From the NCBI GenBank assembly GCA_943704425.1, contig CALSCP010001127.1, positions 5,585 through 69,584 of the forward strand: a stretch of DNA of 64,000 bases. The letters run 5' to 3'. The position numbers were made by a program, and so were the translations under genes. The stretch is from Ministeria vibrans ATCC 50519 (Eukaryota; Protista; Filasterea). Below, piece by piece: positions 37,442 through 49,572 of this stretch. Numbering within the stretch: the first letter of the stretch is position 1; every line of letters starts with the position of its first letter. Below the pieces are notes generated by a model. The model saw nothing but the letters and a program-made list of their open reading frames with translations, was not told the DNA's origin and made no database searches.

Positions 37442-38926
37442 TCAGTAGGTGATGATCTCTCTGCCGGACCAGCGTGCGTCGTCGCTGGGTGTGCGAGGGC
37501 CTCTTCCAAACAGACAGAGCTTGCGCGCGTACGCTTCGACAGACGCTTCGACAGCAAAGGCACGGGCGGCGGCGCGACCGAGGTGAGCAAGACGGGCGCG
37601 TAGGGAAGGCTGGCGGACCAAGCGCACAAGCAGCGCCAGCGCCTGCTCGGGTGTCGCGGCAAACAGGTCGGCGGGTGCAATATGAGCGGCGGCAGCAAGC
37701 TCGACGTAGGGCGTGAACGGGTAGGAGACGACGGGCACGCCGTGGCTCCACCAGTAGATGAGGCGCGTGAGGGGCCGGTCGGTCAGGTCGTGTGGGGCGA
37801 AATGGGCGCCGGGCCACAGGAAGGCAATGTCGACGTCGCGCGTAAATTCGTGGTGACGTCGCTGCAGTAAAGGGTCGTTGGGCGGCCCTGGGTCGGGCGG
37901 GCAGGTGCGACACGAGTCGGTGAAGTTGTGCTTGACATTGTCGTAGTTGAGGATGTGCAGAGGCAGCTGCACCTCAGCAAGCAGACTGGTGTTGAGGAAG
38001 GAGATGACGTCGGGTGCGGGTGTGTTGATAATGGCACCCAGGAAAGCAATGGTGCGCACGCGACGGCGAGGGTTACGGTGCACAACGGAGTTGTTGTAGT
38101 TGGTGTGAAAGTGTGGCAGGACCATGGTCATGTTTGAGGGAATCAGGTTGCCTACGAGGGCTCGCAACCTTTCTGCATGTACAGTCGATCCGGCAAGAAG
38201 CCCGTCGGGCGACTGTCGTGCCATGATCGATGTGACGTTGGCATTGTCCCAGTTGAAATCGAGGACGTCCCAGAGGCACACGCGAGCGCCCAGACGAGTG
38301 CGACAGTTGTCACAGGCGCGCAGTCGCGCCGCCTTGATCACGATGCAGACATCTGTTTGCCAGGGGGTCTCTGGAATACTGGTGAGATACTTGGCGAGGA
38401 CGACGGTGACGGTGTAGCCGCGTCGCTCCATGAGTCGCTTCATGAGAATGCCTCGCAGACGATTGGTGCCCCAAAAGAGATTGTCGACGACAAACATGAT
38501 GCGGGTCTTTCGCTTGGGACACTCCGGCAGGGACAGCCCCGAGTACACGTCGAGATCGCGTGAAATGGTTGCGTCATCGTTACCGTTGCCCTGATCATGA
38601 GGATCATTGTCAATATCTGTCACGATCAGAGGCTCTTGTGGATTCCCTGTCCGTTTTTCGTCGACGCGTTCCACTTCCGCATCAAGAGACACTTTTGCAG
38701 GCATTAATCCATCGCCATTGCGCGGTGCCATCACCAGAGGCGTGTGGACGGCCCCAATGCGCTCGTGGCCTTGGCTGTCGGCCTGGGACCCTCTGCTCTT
38801 CAAATCCGCATTGATATCGACAAGAACATCAGCTTCAGCGATATTTCTCACAAGAAGAACGCCAATGAGAGAGCATGCTATACCCACTGCGAAAACCGTT
38901 CGGCCTTTCCGATAAAAGAAGGGCAT
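37442..38926 (-). CDS. Type II membrane glycosyltransferase, probably GT-B fold; intronless
   Basis: N-terminal TM and stem region. C-terminal RLIYWWSHGVPVVS...PSLRARLAHLGRAAARAF resembles the GT4-like nucleotide-sugar-binding half. Confidence 0.6.
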   Translation of the reverse strand: MPFFYRKGRTVFAVGIACSLIGVLLVRNIAEADVLVDINADLKSRGSQADSQGHERIGAVHTPLVMAPRNGDGLMPAKVSLDAEVERVDEKRTGNPQEPLIVTDIDNDPHDQGNGNDDATISRDLDVYSGLSLPECPKRKTRIMFVVDNLFWGTNRLRGILMKRLMERRGYTVTVVLAKYLTSIPETPWQTDVCIVIKAARLRACDNCRTRLGARVCLWDVLDFNWDNANVTSIMARQSPDGLLAGSTVHAERLRALVGNLIPSNMTMVLPHFHTNYNNSVVHRNPRRRVRTIAFLGAIINTPAPDVISFLNTSLLAEVQLPLHILNYDNVKHNFTDSCRTCPPDPGPPNDPLLQRRHHEFTRDVDIAFLWPGAHFAPHDLTDRPLTRLIYWWSHGVPVVSYPFTPYVELAAAAHIAPADLFAATPEQALALLVRLVRQPSLRARLAHLGRAAARAFAVEASVEAYARKLCLFGRGPRTPSDDARWSGREIITY

Positions 38927-39110
38927 CAATTTTTTTTTTGATTATTTTATTGATTTTATTCCTGAAGATTTTCAATTTTTCAGAGTGATTTGGATTTCAC
39001 TTTATTTAAAAAGGTTCTTTTCACTGAATCTTGAGGAAAAAGCGGTCGTTGTTGGAGGGATCTACTTTTGACTGTATCCTTCATCTAGTCTGCTACTCTG
39101 ATCGTTGGAC

Positions 39111-39956
39111 ATGGCCGAGTATATTGCGCAGAAAAAGCGCGAATTTGCCGATGCCAAGTTTCAAGACTTTCGTGGGCATACAGGGCCCATTCAGTCGTTG
39201 GCATGGAACTGTGAAGGTCGCAGGGTTGCGACATCGTCGGTTGATAAGAGCGCGCGGGTGTGGAATGTCGAGCGAAACGTATGAAACGTATCAAAAGTGC
39301 ACATTGTTCTGACTTGTTCGTTTCGCCTCTCTGCGTCGCTCTTGTAGACGTCCGAAGTGGTCCTGTCGGGCCACACGAATACAGTTGATCAGTTGAGTTG
39401 GGATCCGACGAGAAACGACCGATTGGCGACGGCTTCGTCCGACAAGACTGTGCGTCTGTGGGACAGTCGAAGTACGCGTGTTGTGTTGTGTTGTGTGTGT
39501 GTGTGTGTGTGTGTGTGTTATGGTGAGTGTGTTTATTTTGTTGGGGTGTTTGGAATAGTGGTATTATGTTGTGTTATGATGAATGCTTTCGTAGTGTGTT
39601 GTGTGAATGTCTCCTTTTTTCTGTGTCTATAAGAAGAATAAATGTATATGGGTGTGCGATCAACTCTTCTCATTCTGTCTGGGTGTGTAGCTGCCAAGGC
39701 CATTCAGGTGATCAAAACGCCGGGAGAGAATATTAATGTTGCATGGAGTCCCGACGGCAAGAGCATTGCTGTGGGTGATAAGGTATGTGTGATAAAATAG
39801 GTTGCGAGACGGTCGAAGCTGACAGTTGTGATAGAACGACAACATTTCGTTGATTGATGTGCGAAAAGGATCGATTGCAAAGACGACCAAGATAGGGACG
39901 TCGGAGGTACGGGGAGAAGCAAAGTGATAGAAGAGGGAGAAAGAAACAAAGTGATA

Positions 39957-40005
<49 letters not shown>

Positions 40006-40601
40006 CGAGAGTGTCTTTGTGGTGTGTGTGTGTGTGTGTGTGTGCGCGAAGGGAAGAAATGAATAGTAACCTTGTGTGGTTAGGTCAACGAAATGGCATG
40101 GCACAGTTCGAGCACAATGTTGTTTGTGACCAATGGCAACGGCATTACGACGGTCGCACTGCCGTCGTTCACGGTCACTCCCCTGTTAGACTCGCACACG
40201 GCCATTTGTACGACGGTGGCGCTGGATCCTCGTTCACGAGCGTTTGCGTCTGGCTCGCACGACGCCACTGTGGTCCTGTGGGATCTGCCTGAGCTCATTC
40301 CCGTGCGCTCCGTTACCTCCCTCGACTATCCCGTGCGCTCTCTCTCCTTCAGGTACCTTCAAACCAGCTCTTGCCTAGTCCTCTTTGACTCCTTCCTGTG
40401 CATTGTAGCTTTGACGGTGAGCTCATTTCGTCGTCGTCTGAGGACAAATTTATCGACATTTCGCATGTCAAGACAGGCCAGTGCGTCGCGCAGATCCCCC
40501 ACGACTCGTCGACAAACGCTGCCAAGTTCCATCCCTCCCGTTTTCTCCTTGCCTTTGACCATGACTCCTCAATGCGACTCTGTACTCCCAAAACACTGTA
40601 A
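39111..40601 (+). CDS. THOC3: THO complex subunit 3 (TEX1), WD40 protein
   Basis: GHTGPIQSLAWNCEGRRVAT, GHTNTVDQLSWDP, TPGENINVAWSPDG, LWDLPELIPVR...LDYPVRSLSFSFDG..ISSSSEDKFIDI. Five introns. Confidence 0.9.
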
Positions 40602-40643
40602 TGTGCACATTTCTTTCCTTTTTACATTTATATAATTTATTAT

Positions 40644-42259
40644 TTACATATGCATTTGCATGGTGGAGGGCAGATTGAGTGCTTCAGCAGACTAAGCAAA
40701 AAAGAGGAAAGAATGAACAAAGAAAAGAAGAAGAGAAGAAAGAAAAAAGAAGAGAAGAAGAAAGAAAAGGGGCAATTAAAAGAGACAAAGAAACAGAGCG
40801 AGAGGAAGAGATAGGAGGAACGAAAAAGAAACACAATGATAGAGTGAGTAGGTTGATTACGAGTGTGATGTTGAGCGCGGCCCTGAGACGGGCATCGTCG
40901 TGTGCAGTGAAGAGGCGAAAGGGCGCGAGATGGGCGCATAGGGAGGGCGGAGGGTCGTCGGCAGGAGAAACACTGGTGCGTATGTACTCGCGGATGGCCT
41001 GGTGGAGTCGCTCGTGCGTGTGCGTTGGAAGCAGAGATGCGTGAATGCGCAGGGGTGCCAGGACCCCCGCAAGACTGTACTTGGCAAGAGTACGATTGCG
41101 CTGTGCCTCTTCCGCTGCCCGCGCTGCCTCGTCCTCCACCATATCCCCGTCTGTCTCGGCCACTGCTGCAGTGTACTCCTCCATTCCATCCCCCATTGCC
41201 TCCTCCACCTCTGCCTTCTTCTCGCTTGCTTCCATCCTCTCGCTTGTTACCCCTTCGCTCTTGCTTCCACCTCCCTCCTCATTTAACTTCTCTCGGTGGT
41301 GACCCTCGCCTTCTCGCTTGCTGCGCTTCAGTCTCGATTCCTCTTCGTCGTCGGTGTGGTCGCGTTGCTTCTTGCGCGACACATACGACGACGATGACGA
41401 CGCGGACAAGCGCGCATCACTCGAGCGACCCGCCCGGTAACCCCCACTATTGCTGTCGTCGTTGTTGTTGCTGCTGGTGTTATTGTGACTGTGACGTCGA
41501 TCGCGCTCGTCACGGCGTTCGAGTGCGCGTCGCTCTTCGAGTCTCCCTTGTTCCTGTCGTCGAGACTCTCCGCGTCGCGTTTCAAACATGGACCGAGTGT
41601 GTTCTCGACGGTGATCGCGGGCCGAGTCGGCGGCGGACCGCGTGTTTGCATGCGACGACCAGTGTGAGTCGGTGCTTGCACTGGTTCCCGATGACGACAT
41701 GTGGTCGGGCCAGCGCCTCGAGTCACTGGTGCGAGGGACGCTAAAGTTGCCACTACCCGACGGGTTTGCAGTAAAACGGTCACGACGGTCGTACGACAAC
41801 GAAGACGATGCGACGGGTGGACCTCTTTGAACAGGAGGCATTTCGGACCAGGGCATACGCGAAGAGGAGGCTGACACAGAAGGTGCGGAAGGAGCAAAGT
41901 GAGAAGCGGGCGGCGGAGGTGGAGGTGGAGGCAGCCCGCCGTCACGGTGCCAATACTCTCTCTCACTCCTGCTCTGCTGATTGGTACGACTCGTGTCGCT
42001 GTGCGACGCGTGCTCATCACTCATATCGAATGGAAGCACAACCTCCTTCACAGACGCACTGGTGTGGTGTTGTGGAGGCGCGCTGAGAGGAGCGGTCAGA
42101 AAAGACGACGACGACGACGACGGTGGCAGTTGCCAAATTCCGCCGCCACCGCCACCGCCACCACCACTACTCGTAGTGGTAGTAGTACCGGTGTCGCCTG
42201 GACCTGTCCTCAAAGGATAGGCATTGGCGCCGGTGGTAGCTGTTGCCGGCAGCGCTTGG
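40644..42259 (-). CDS. 3' part of an unidentified low-complexity R/E/S-rich protein; 5' part in or beyond the gap
   Basis: Long open exon 40861-42259 and an inferred last intron at 40692-40860. Confidence 0.55.
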
Positions 42260-42308
42260 CTGCCGCGTTTAGAATAGAAAAGCAAGTTTAGAATAAGGAG
42301 GACAGAAA

Positions 42309-42522
42309 GAGAGAGTTTGAGAGTTTGAGAGTTTGAGAGTTTGAGAGTTTGAGAGTTTGAGAGAGAGAGTTTGAGAGTTTGAGAGAGAGAGTTTGAGAGT
42401 TTGAGAGTTTGAGAGTTTGAGAGTTTGAGAGTTTGAGAGAGAGAGTTTGAGAGAGAGAGTTTGAGAGAGAGAGTTTGAGAGAGAGAGAGAGAGAGTTTGA
42501 GAGTTTGAGAGAGAGAGTTTGA
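42309..42522. repeat. (GAGAGTTT)n/(GA)n satellite abutting an assembly gap
   Basis: Seen directly. Confidence 0.95.
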
Positions 42523-43208
42523 NNNNNNNNNNNNNNNNNNNNNNNNNNNNNNNNNNNNNNNNNNNNNNNNNNNNNNNNNNNNNNNNNNNNNNNNNNNNNN
42601 NNNNNNNNNNNNNNNNNNNNNNNNNNNNNNNNNNNNNNNNNNNNNNNNNNNNNNNNNNNNNNNNNNNNNNNNNNNNNNNNNNNNNNNNNNNNNNNNNNNN
42701 NNNNNNNNNNNNNNNNNNNNNNNNNNNNNNNNNNNNNNNNNNNNNNNNNNNNNNNNNNNNNNNNNNNNNNNNNNNNNNNNNNNNNNNNNNNNNNNNNNNN
42801 NNNNNNNNNNNNNNNNNNNNNNNNNNNNNNNNNNNNNNNNNNNNNNNNNNNNNNNNNNNNNNNNNNNNNNNNNNNNNNNNNNNNNNNNNNNNNNNNNNNN
42901 NNNNNNNNNNNNNNNNNNNNNNNNNNNNNNNNNNNNNNNNNNNNNNNNNNNNNNNNNNNNNNNNNNNNNNNNNNNNNNNNNNNNNNNNNNNNNNNNNNNN
43001 NNNNNNNNNNNNNNNNNNNNNNNNNNNNNNNNNNNNNNNNNNNNNNNNNNNNNNNNNNNNNNNNNNNNNNNNNNNNNNNNNNNNNNNNNNNNNNNNNNNN
43101 NNNNNNNNNNNNNNNNNNNNNNNNNNNNNNNNNNNNNNNNNNNNNNNNNNNNNNNNNNNNNNNNNNNNNNNNNNNNNNNNNNNNNNNNNNNNNNNNTCTT
43201 TGTTTGAA

Positions 43209-44104
43209 ATGCTACGCTTCGTTGTTCTTGTTTCCATTGCACTCGTCTGCGGCTTTGCCAACGCAACGATTCCCATTTGCAGCGACCCCAAGTCGCCGGT
43301 ACACAAATAACAATGAACCGCTTGTTTTCACTGAGCTGTGCGTTCTCGTTGGTTCTGTGAGTGCAGGCTGCCTTTGCAGGTTGCATTGACGACAAGGTGG
43401 CTGGTCTGCAAGGTAATGGCGAGCGCGGGTGCACGACAGCGACGTCAGAGGCGTTTTCATTCATTGCTACTTTCTTCTCTGTCAGGCGCCATCAGCACCC
43501 TTCTTGATACGGACTGCCTCAGTGCCGATGTGTGGAAGAGCGACATGGAGTCGCGGTGCTTCAGTGGCGTAAGCATCGCGGGGCGTTGAAGGGCCCCAGC
43601 ACACTCCCACGTCACCCTAAGCCGCTTGTCTTTCTCTACAGAGCGCAGACGATCTTGTTGTCGACATGTCGCTGTGCTGCATGAAGCGCGTTGGTGCCCC
43701 AGAGAAGTGTGATGTCCACGCGCAGGAGGAAACGGTCCCCCCAGGTCAGAACGAGTCCCTCTTGCAATATATTTTATTATTATTATTATTATAATATCAA
43801 ACTTCCTCCTTTTTTTTTGTTTTTTTTTTTGTTTTGTGTGTTCACAGAGGAATGTCAGGAAGAGAAATGCTTTGCCGAGTCGAAAGATTCCGTCGCGGCT
43901 GCGAAGGCATTGAAGAAATCGTACCGTGCTTGCCTGCAGCAGAACGGCCGCGACAACGACGAGTGCCGCGAAGCGATTGCGGATGCCAACACTCTGCTGT
44001 CCCTGCTCCGCAAAACGGTCAAGGCGGTGCGCGGAGATGCTGCGCCCTGCCGCGACGCCGACTGGAATGACTTTGACTCTGGCTTTGGCCACTTTGAGTT
44101 GTGA
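43209..44104 (+). CDS. Signal-peptide 12-Cys protein, paralog A; C-terminus HFEL
   Basis: Five exons splice in frame (introns 43299-43366, 43413-43485, 43569-43641, 43745-43847). Homologous to the genes at 47512 and 48473. Confidence 0.85.
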
Positions 44105-44233
44105 CTAGCTGTGGACTTTCGCCGCACCTCAGAGGGTGGCAAAGTGAATGATGATGTGGAATAAACAAACAGGAAGCACTCTTCAAAATAATAATTATAT
44201 CAATATTGAGCTCTCGATTTTCTATTTATTTTT

Positions 44234-44297
44234 GCACTTGTGCTTTTGTTGTAGATCTGGTGACTGTATCATGAATAAATGGGTTGTATTCTTCTTC
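44234..44297 (+). mobile_element. Short, probably 5'-truncated non-LTR retroelement insertion with a (TTC)n tail and 14-bp target-site duplication
   Basis: TTCTATTTATTTTT occurs at 44220-44233 and 44298-44311. AATAAA lies at 44274-44279 before the tail. 44258-44302 is 44/45 nt identical to the reverse complement of 63823-63867. Confidence 0.65.
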
Positions 44298-44462
44298 TTC
44301 TATTTATTTTTCTAATTATATCAATATTAATATTGGTTCTGAGCTGTTTGCCTTGCCGCTTTTCGTTTGTGATTGTTAATAAATTGAAAATGTGTTCTTC
44401 TTCTAGATTGTTTTTATTATTATTTTTTTATTATTATTGTTTATAATAAAAGAATTTTATGA

Positions 44463-47278
44463 CTACTCGACAGAGTTGGGCAGAATGGGCACAACGACAC
44501 AGCCCATGCGCTCAAGGGCATGCTGCAGAGCACGCTCGTCCGTTCTGGCGCGTCCCAACAGTAGCACAGCCCCGCCACTTCCGGGGAACTTGGCCCCAGC
44601 ACCAAACGACTGAGCACACTCAATCATCTCCAAATTGGCTTCACCTGGAAACGGATCAGAAAGTCAGCAAGGACAGGGTAAACAAACCAACTGACTGTGT
44701 GCGGCATACCAATAGCTGGGTCGCCGTAGAGTGTGCGGCGCAAGGCAAAGTTCTCGTCCATCAGATCGGCCAGTCTGTCTGCATAATCGGCACTCTCCCA
44801 CTGTGTGCACATCAGCGTGTGTGTGCGCTCGGCCAGTTCCCCAAATGCCTTCATTCCAGCGATGATCTATAATTTTCATACACATGTAATTCTAGTGTGT
44901 GAGGGGATCTGTTGAAGATCAGAAATAAAGAATGTACCGTCTCATCGCCAGCGTGCCATCGTTGCTTCACATTGCTACGAACGCAGCAATACAAGTTCAA
45001 GACACACACATACACATACATATAAAATTAATGATGAAAAGGGTAGAAAAAAAAGGAGAAGCTGACCTGTGCATACGGCCCGAGTCGGAAGGGTCTGCAA
45101 GGAAAGCAAGGAGAAAGCGAAGGGACGCATATGCATGAGGCGGGACGTACTCATACGTCCCGTGCCCCTGGACCTCCATAAGAGAATGCGCAAAGTCCAT
45201 GTACACGCACCCCTGATACGCCTGAGAGAATGGGCGGAGGAATTCGGGAGATTAGGATTGGGGCGGAGAAAGGGAGAGTGTACCTGAATGACTCGGTCCT
45301 GCAGACCCGCCGCAATGTCAAGCTCATCCGACTCGACCGACAGCACCAACTGAGGCCGAAGGGCCAGTGGAATGTCCGCTGTGCAAGACATACATACACA
45401 CACAAAAAAAAAAAAAAAAAAAAAAAAAAAAACGACAAGCGTAAGGAAAAGTAGCAAAAAAAGGAAGGAATGTGGTGTAGTACCCTCAGTGATATGGAAG
45501 AAGTCCATGAGACACGCAAGAGTCGCCGACACAATGGCCGAACTGCCTGCAAGGCCAACCTACACACATCGAGTGACATGAAACAAAAAAAAATGTACAC
45601 AGGCAGTCATTAAGTCACCCTTCTTACCTGTCGCGGAATGTTTGTGTCGTAACTGAGTGTGAAGTTGTGACGTGCAAAGGCAATTCCGCGCTCGGTACAA
45701 TACTGGTAGAACTTCTTACATGTCGCCTGAAAATACCGAGAGAGTATAACACACACACACACATCACATAATGGCCATGCAATAAAAACACACCAGTGAA
45801 CAACCCCACATAACAATGAATACTCATCCATCCAATGACACACACACCTGCATCAGGCGCAGTCCACCCTGATAGCCTTCTTTGCGGCTGATGCCATATA
45901 AATCCGCAAGCGATCCAAACTCGGTCGGATCGTTGAGTGGGTGTGGAATCAATCGTAGTTGCTCACTACGCTCAATGGTCGCCTGAGCGGATACAACGCG
46001 ATTAAGTTACCAAAGAAAAGCAAAAAAAAAAATACACTTCCACCTCACCTTTGCCCAAAAGTTGCGGATAGAAAGCGAAATGGTTTTGCCGTTAAATCCA
46101 TCAGAAGGATTACCCATAAGACCCACTCGCGCAAAGGCCCGTTTGCTCACCCGCGCACCCTCCGCTCGCCCCTCCTCTACACACACGCACATCCAAAAAA
46201 CAAAACAAAAAAGCACACACACACACTGTCAATTGCCTACGTCCCGCCCCCAACATCCACTCCAATCCAAATCCATACGCATCGATCGGCATTCGCTAAT
46301 ACACTCCTCATACTCCTTCAGCCCCACGTTTCCTACAATGTATAACGTTAAAAACACATGTAAAGAATAGATCGTTTAGCAACGGTCCTCTCAGCTGTCG
46401 CGTACCAATGAGCTTGAATTTAGTGGGCAGCTTCATGCCATAAAGCGGCACGTCTTGCGACAGGAGGTGTGCAAGAAAGAGCCCAAAGGGATGTTGCTCG
46501 GCGGCAGCCGACGCATCGAGGTACGTGCGAAAGTGTGCCTTGGCTGACGGCTGGAAGCAGTACAGCACCACCGACGCATTGCGGCTCGTCGTCATGCCCG
46601 CCGAGGGTTTTTCAAAAAACCGCGTCACGCGCCCCGTCGCCGAGTCCAGCTCGACTATGCCGCGTGACGACGCCGACTCGTCCGCACTCAGTTCGTAATG
46701 CACAACAACGTTCGCCGCTTTCCCCTCGAAGAAGGCTGAAAACACAATGCAATCCAAATGAGAGGGCAACACCGACATCGCAACCAAGGCATAACGGTCT
46801 CTCACCGACAACACTGCTCAGGTCGAAGCTGTTCGGGTAGAAGGCCATGTCGCCCGCCACGACAGTGACTGCTTCGCGCGCCTCAATCGATTTCGCCCTC
46901 AGCACCAAATCAACGCTTGCGGCTGCTCCGAGACGCCCCTCGTGGCTCGTCGTTCCATCATTGATGATGTTGGCGATCGGAAAGTGGTGAGCGGACGCCC
47001 ATCGCTCGTAGTACCTGTCGAGGGGACGGGTAAGCGATGAGGCGCACTCGTCGGCACTCCTACTTGTATTTGTTGGCATTGGTCACGAGAAAGACGTCGT
47101 GAAAGACACGCCGCATGTCGATGGCCTCCCACCACATGTCCAGGGCTGATTTGGAGTTTGCGATCGGCAGGAGTGCTTTGGGCACACCCGCCAGTTTCGC
47201 ATATCGGCCGGTTGTGTCGCGCTCCAGCTCTTCTTCGAGCCGCGTTCCATGGCCGGCGACCAGCAAGATGCAAATCAT
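44463..47278 (-). CDS. Bifunctional nucleotidyltransferase + glucuronokinase (GHMP kinase)
   Basis: N-terminal ILLVAGHGTRL...PKALLP, VVAGD, FFEKP. Kinase part has ARVGLMGNPSDGFNGKTIS, NIPRQVGLAGSSA, AGLQDRVIQ, AKFPGSGGA. About 12 introns. Confidence 0.9.
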
Positions 47279-47511
47279 CTCGATCAGCCACTAGTCGAAT
47301 CTCAAGAGGATTATTTCTGATTTCCGAGTGACGACTGACTTGAGAGAGTTGTCTGAGTGTTGAGACGAGTTCACTCTGATTTGGTTCCACAATATTCAAT
47401 AACAACCGATTATTAATTAAAGTTGAAACTATCCAGTAAGTGCAAAGGGGGTTGCATTGCGTCTGCACCCGTCTCCCCACTCATCGATCCGTGCGTTGTC
47501 CTGGACACAGA

Positions 47512-48456
47512 ATGCGTCTTGCCTCTGTGCTTCTCCTTTGTCTTTCTGCTGCTCTGGTGTTCGCCGAGGAGCCTGACAACCAGGACCTTCCGCCGGATGC
47601 CAGCGTAGAAGACATGAAGCCGCTGATGGACCCCAACGGACCGCCTCTCTGCGACGACCTGTCATCGTTTGTAACGAAAACACAAAATCCCATTTTCGAC
47701 AACGTCATCGATTTGCGTCACTGACCCGTACACGCTTAGGAGGCACGCGCGACATGCGTCGAGGACATGATCATCGCCGTGAAAGGTACCACCGTGCTGT
47801 GCCGTGAAGCATGCTCTTCATTCGATTGGTTCTAAATCCGATTCCACTCAATCTGTCAATGTTTTTTTTTTTTTTTTTTTTTTTTTTTGTTCTTATTATT
47901 GCTCAGACATGCTTGAGACATTGGACAAGAGCGAATGTCTCGACCCCACGCTTTGGAGCTCGGACCAGCGGACTGTTTGCCACAAGGGCGTAAGACAACC
48001 CAATCAATCGATGTCATTTTGTTTTGGTCTCTCACTCTCTCTCTATTTCTCTGTGTGTGTCCCTCTGCCGCGCGCAGGCCGGCGACGACCTGGTGACGGA
48101 CATGTCGATGTGTTGCCTGATGCGCGACGACGCGACGCACAGCCACTGCAAGGAACACAAGAAGAAGGACTCAATGCCCACTGGTAGTGCATTGATGGGA
48201 CAGCCATTGCACGCGCACTCACCCGCTTGCGTCGCTCTTTTTCTTAGACGACTGCCTTGATCCACACTGCATGGAACACATCGCCTCGGTTGTCGACGCG
48301 GCACGTCAGGTCGCCGAGGCCTTTGACTCGTGCATTGCGCAGTCGGGTGAGACGCGACAGAGCTGTCCCGCTGCTGTCAGGACTGCCGCTGCTGTTCTCC
48401 TCGCCAAATTAATAATAATTAATTTTTTTAAGAAAATAACGACAATTTTTTTTTAA
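47512..48456 (+). CDS. Signal-peptide Cys-rich protein, paralog B; 3'-truncated (possible pseudogene)
   Basis: Same four intron positions as paralog A. Homology stops at about 48407 and the frame runs into AT-rich spacer, so the last Cys and the C-terminal motif are missing. Confidence 0.75.
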
Positions 48457-48472
48457 AATTAATTCCTTTAAA

Positions 48473-48592
48473 ATGCTGAAACTGCTCGTCCTCACGCTCG
48501 CCGTCTGCGCAATTGCCGCAGCCAAGACCCCCAAGCCGCCCGTCTGCGATGACCCCGCATCGATTGTACGCACAAACACCATTTCCATTTGT

Positions 48593-48623
<31 letters not shown>

Positions 48624-49301
48624 TCTTCTCTTATTCGCCCCCGCTCTTGTCTCCCACTACAGGCTGCACGTGCTGGCTGTGTTGAAGACAAAGTGTCGGC
48701 TCTTCAGCGTACGTTTGGCGCATTGTTTTTTTTTTTCTCTCTCTCTCTTAACATTCATTAAACTTTCAGTTCTGCACACACTCGTCAACACACAACGATG
48801 CCTGGACCCCAGCTCATGGAGCGAAGAACTGCCTTGCTCGGATAAGGTGACGATGGCGTCCAAACGCCCACTGTGGACTGATATCGTTGTGTGTAGCTTG
48901 CGACCGATTTGGTTGCCGATATTCGTCTTTGCTGTATCGATCGCACCAAGAGCGAGTGTCTGCACCACGCCGAGCATGACACCGAGCCAACAGGTATGTC
49001 TCCCCAATACACGATGCGCCGCAGCCTCATCCGTCGTATTCAAGGTGCCTGTGCCGAGCCCCAGTGCGTCAGTCAAACGGCTGCTGCGGTTAGCTCCGCC
49101 TCCAAGCTGCACGCGCTGTTTGCTGCCTGTATCGCATCACCTGCACGCGATACATCAGACTGCGTCAAATTTTTCAAGGTTTCGGCGCAGCTTCTCGCCG
49201 ACCTGCGTAAGGCCGTCGCAATCATCCGGGGTAGTCATGTACGCTGTCGCCACGCCGACTTCGCCTTCCACGACGACGGCTCCTTCCACCTCGATCTCTA
49301 A
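48473..49301 (+). CDS. Signal-peptide 12-Cys protein, paralog C; C-terminus HLDL
   Basis: MLKLLVLTLAVCAIAAA|KTPKPPVCDDP, AGCVED, DLVADIRLCC. Same exon structure as paralogs A and B. Confidence 0.85.
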
Positions 49302-49434
49302 CCACGTTCACGCACCTATTGCACTGCCTGCTCTCCTTTTCGTGCACCCTTCTTTTTCACGTCTCCATCACTTTGTCCGAACTTTGTCCTTTCTGCATTT
49401 TATTCTTTCCCCCTTCTCTCTCCCTCTCTCTCCC

Positions 49435-49484
<50 letters not shown>

Positions 49485-49572
49485 CCTCCCTCTCTCTCCC
49501 ATACTTTTATCTTTTGTTTGTTTACAGCAAAGCATATTTTATATTTATTTTCTACATTAATAATACCATTTT

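Noticed and set aside
42309-42522. Possible telomere-like repeat (TTTGAGAG)n
   Set aside because: It is mixed with (GA)n, internal, and lies in a probable intron, like the other intronic satellites here.
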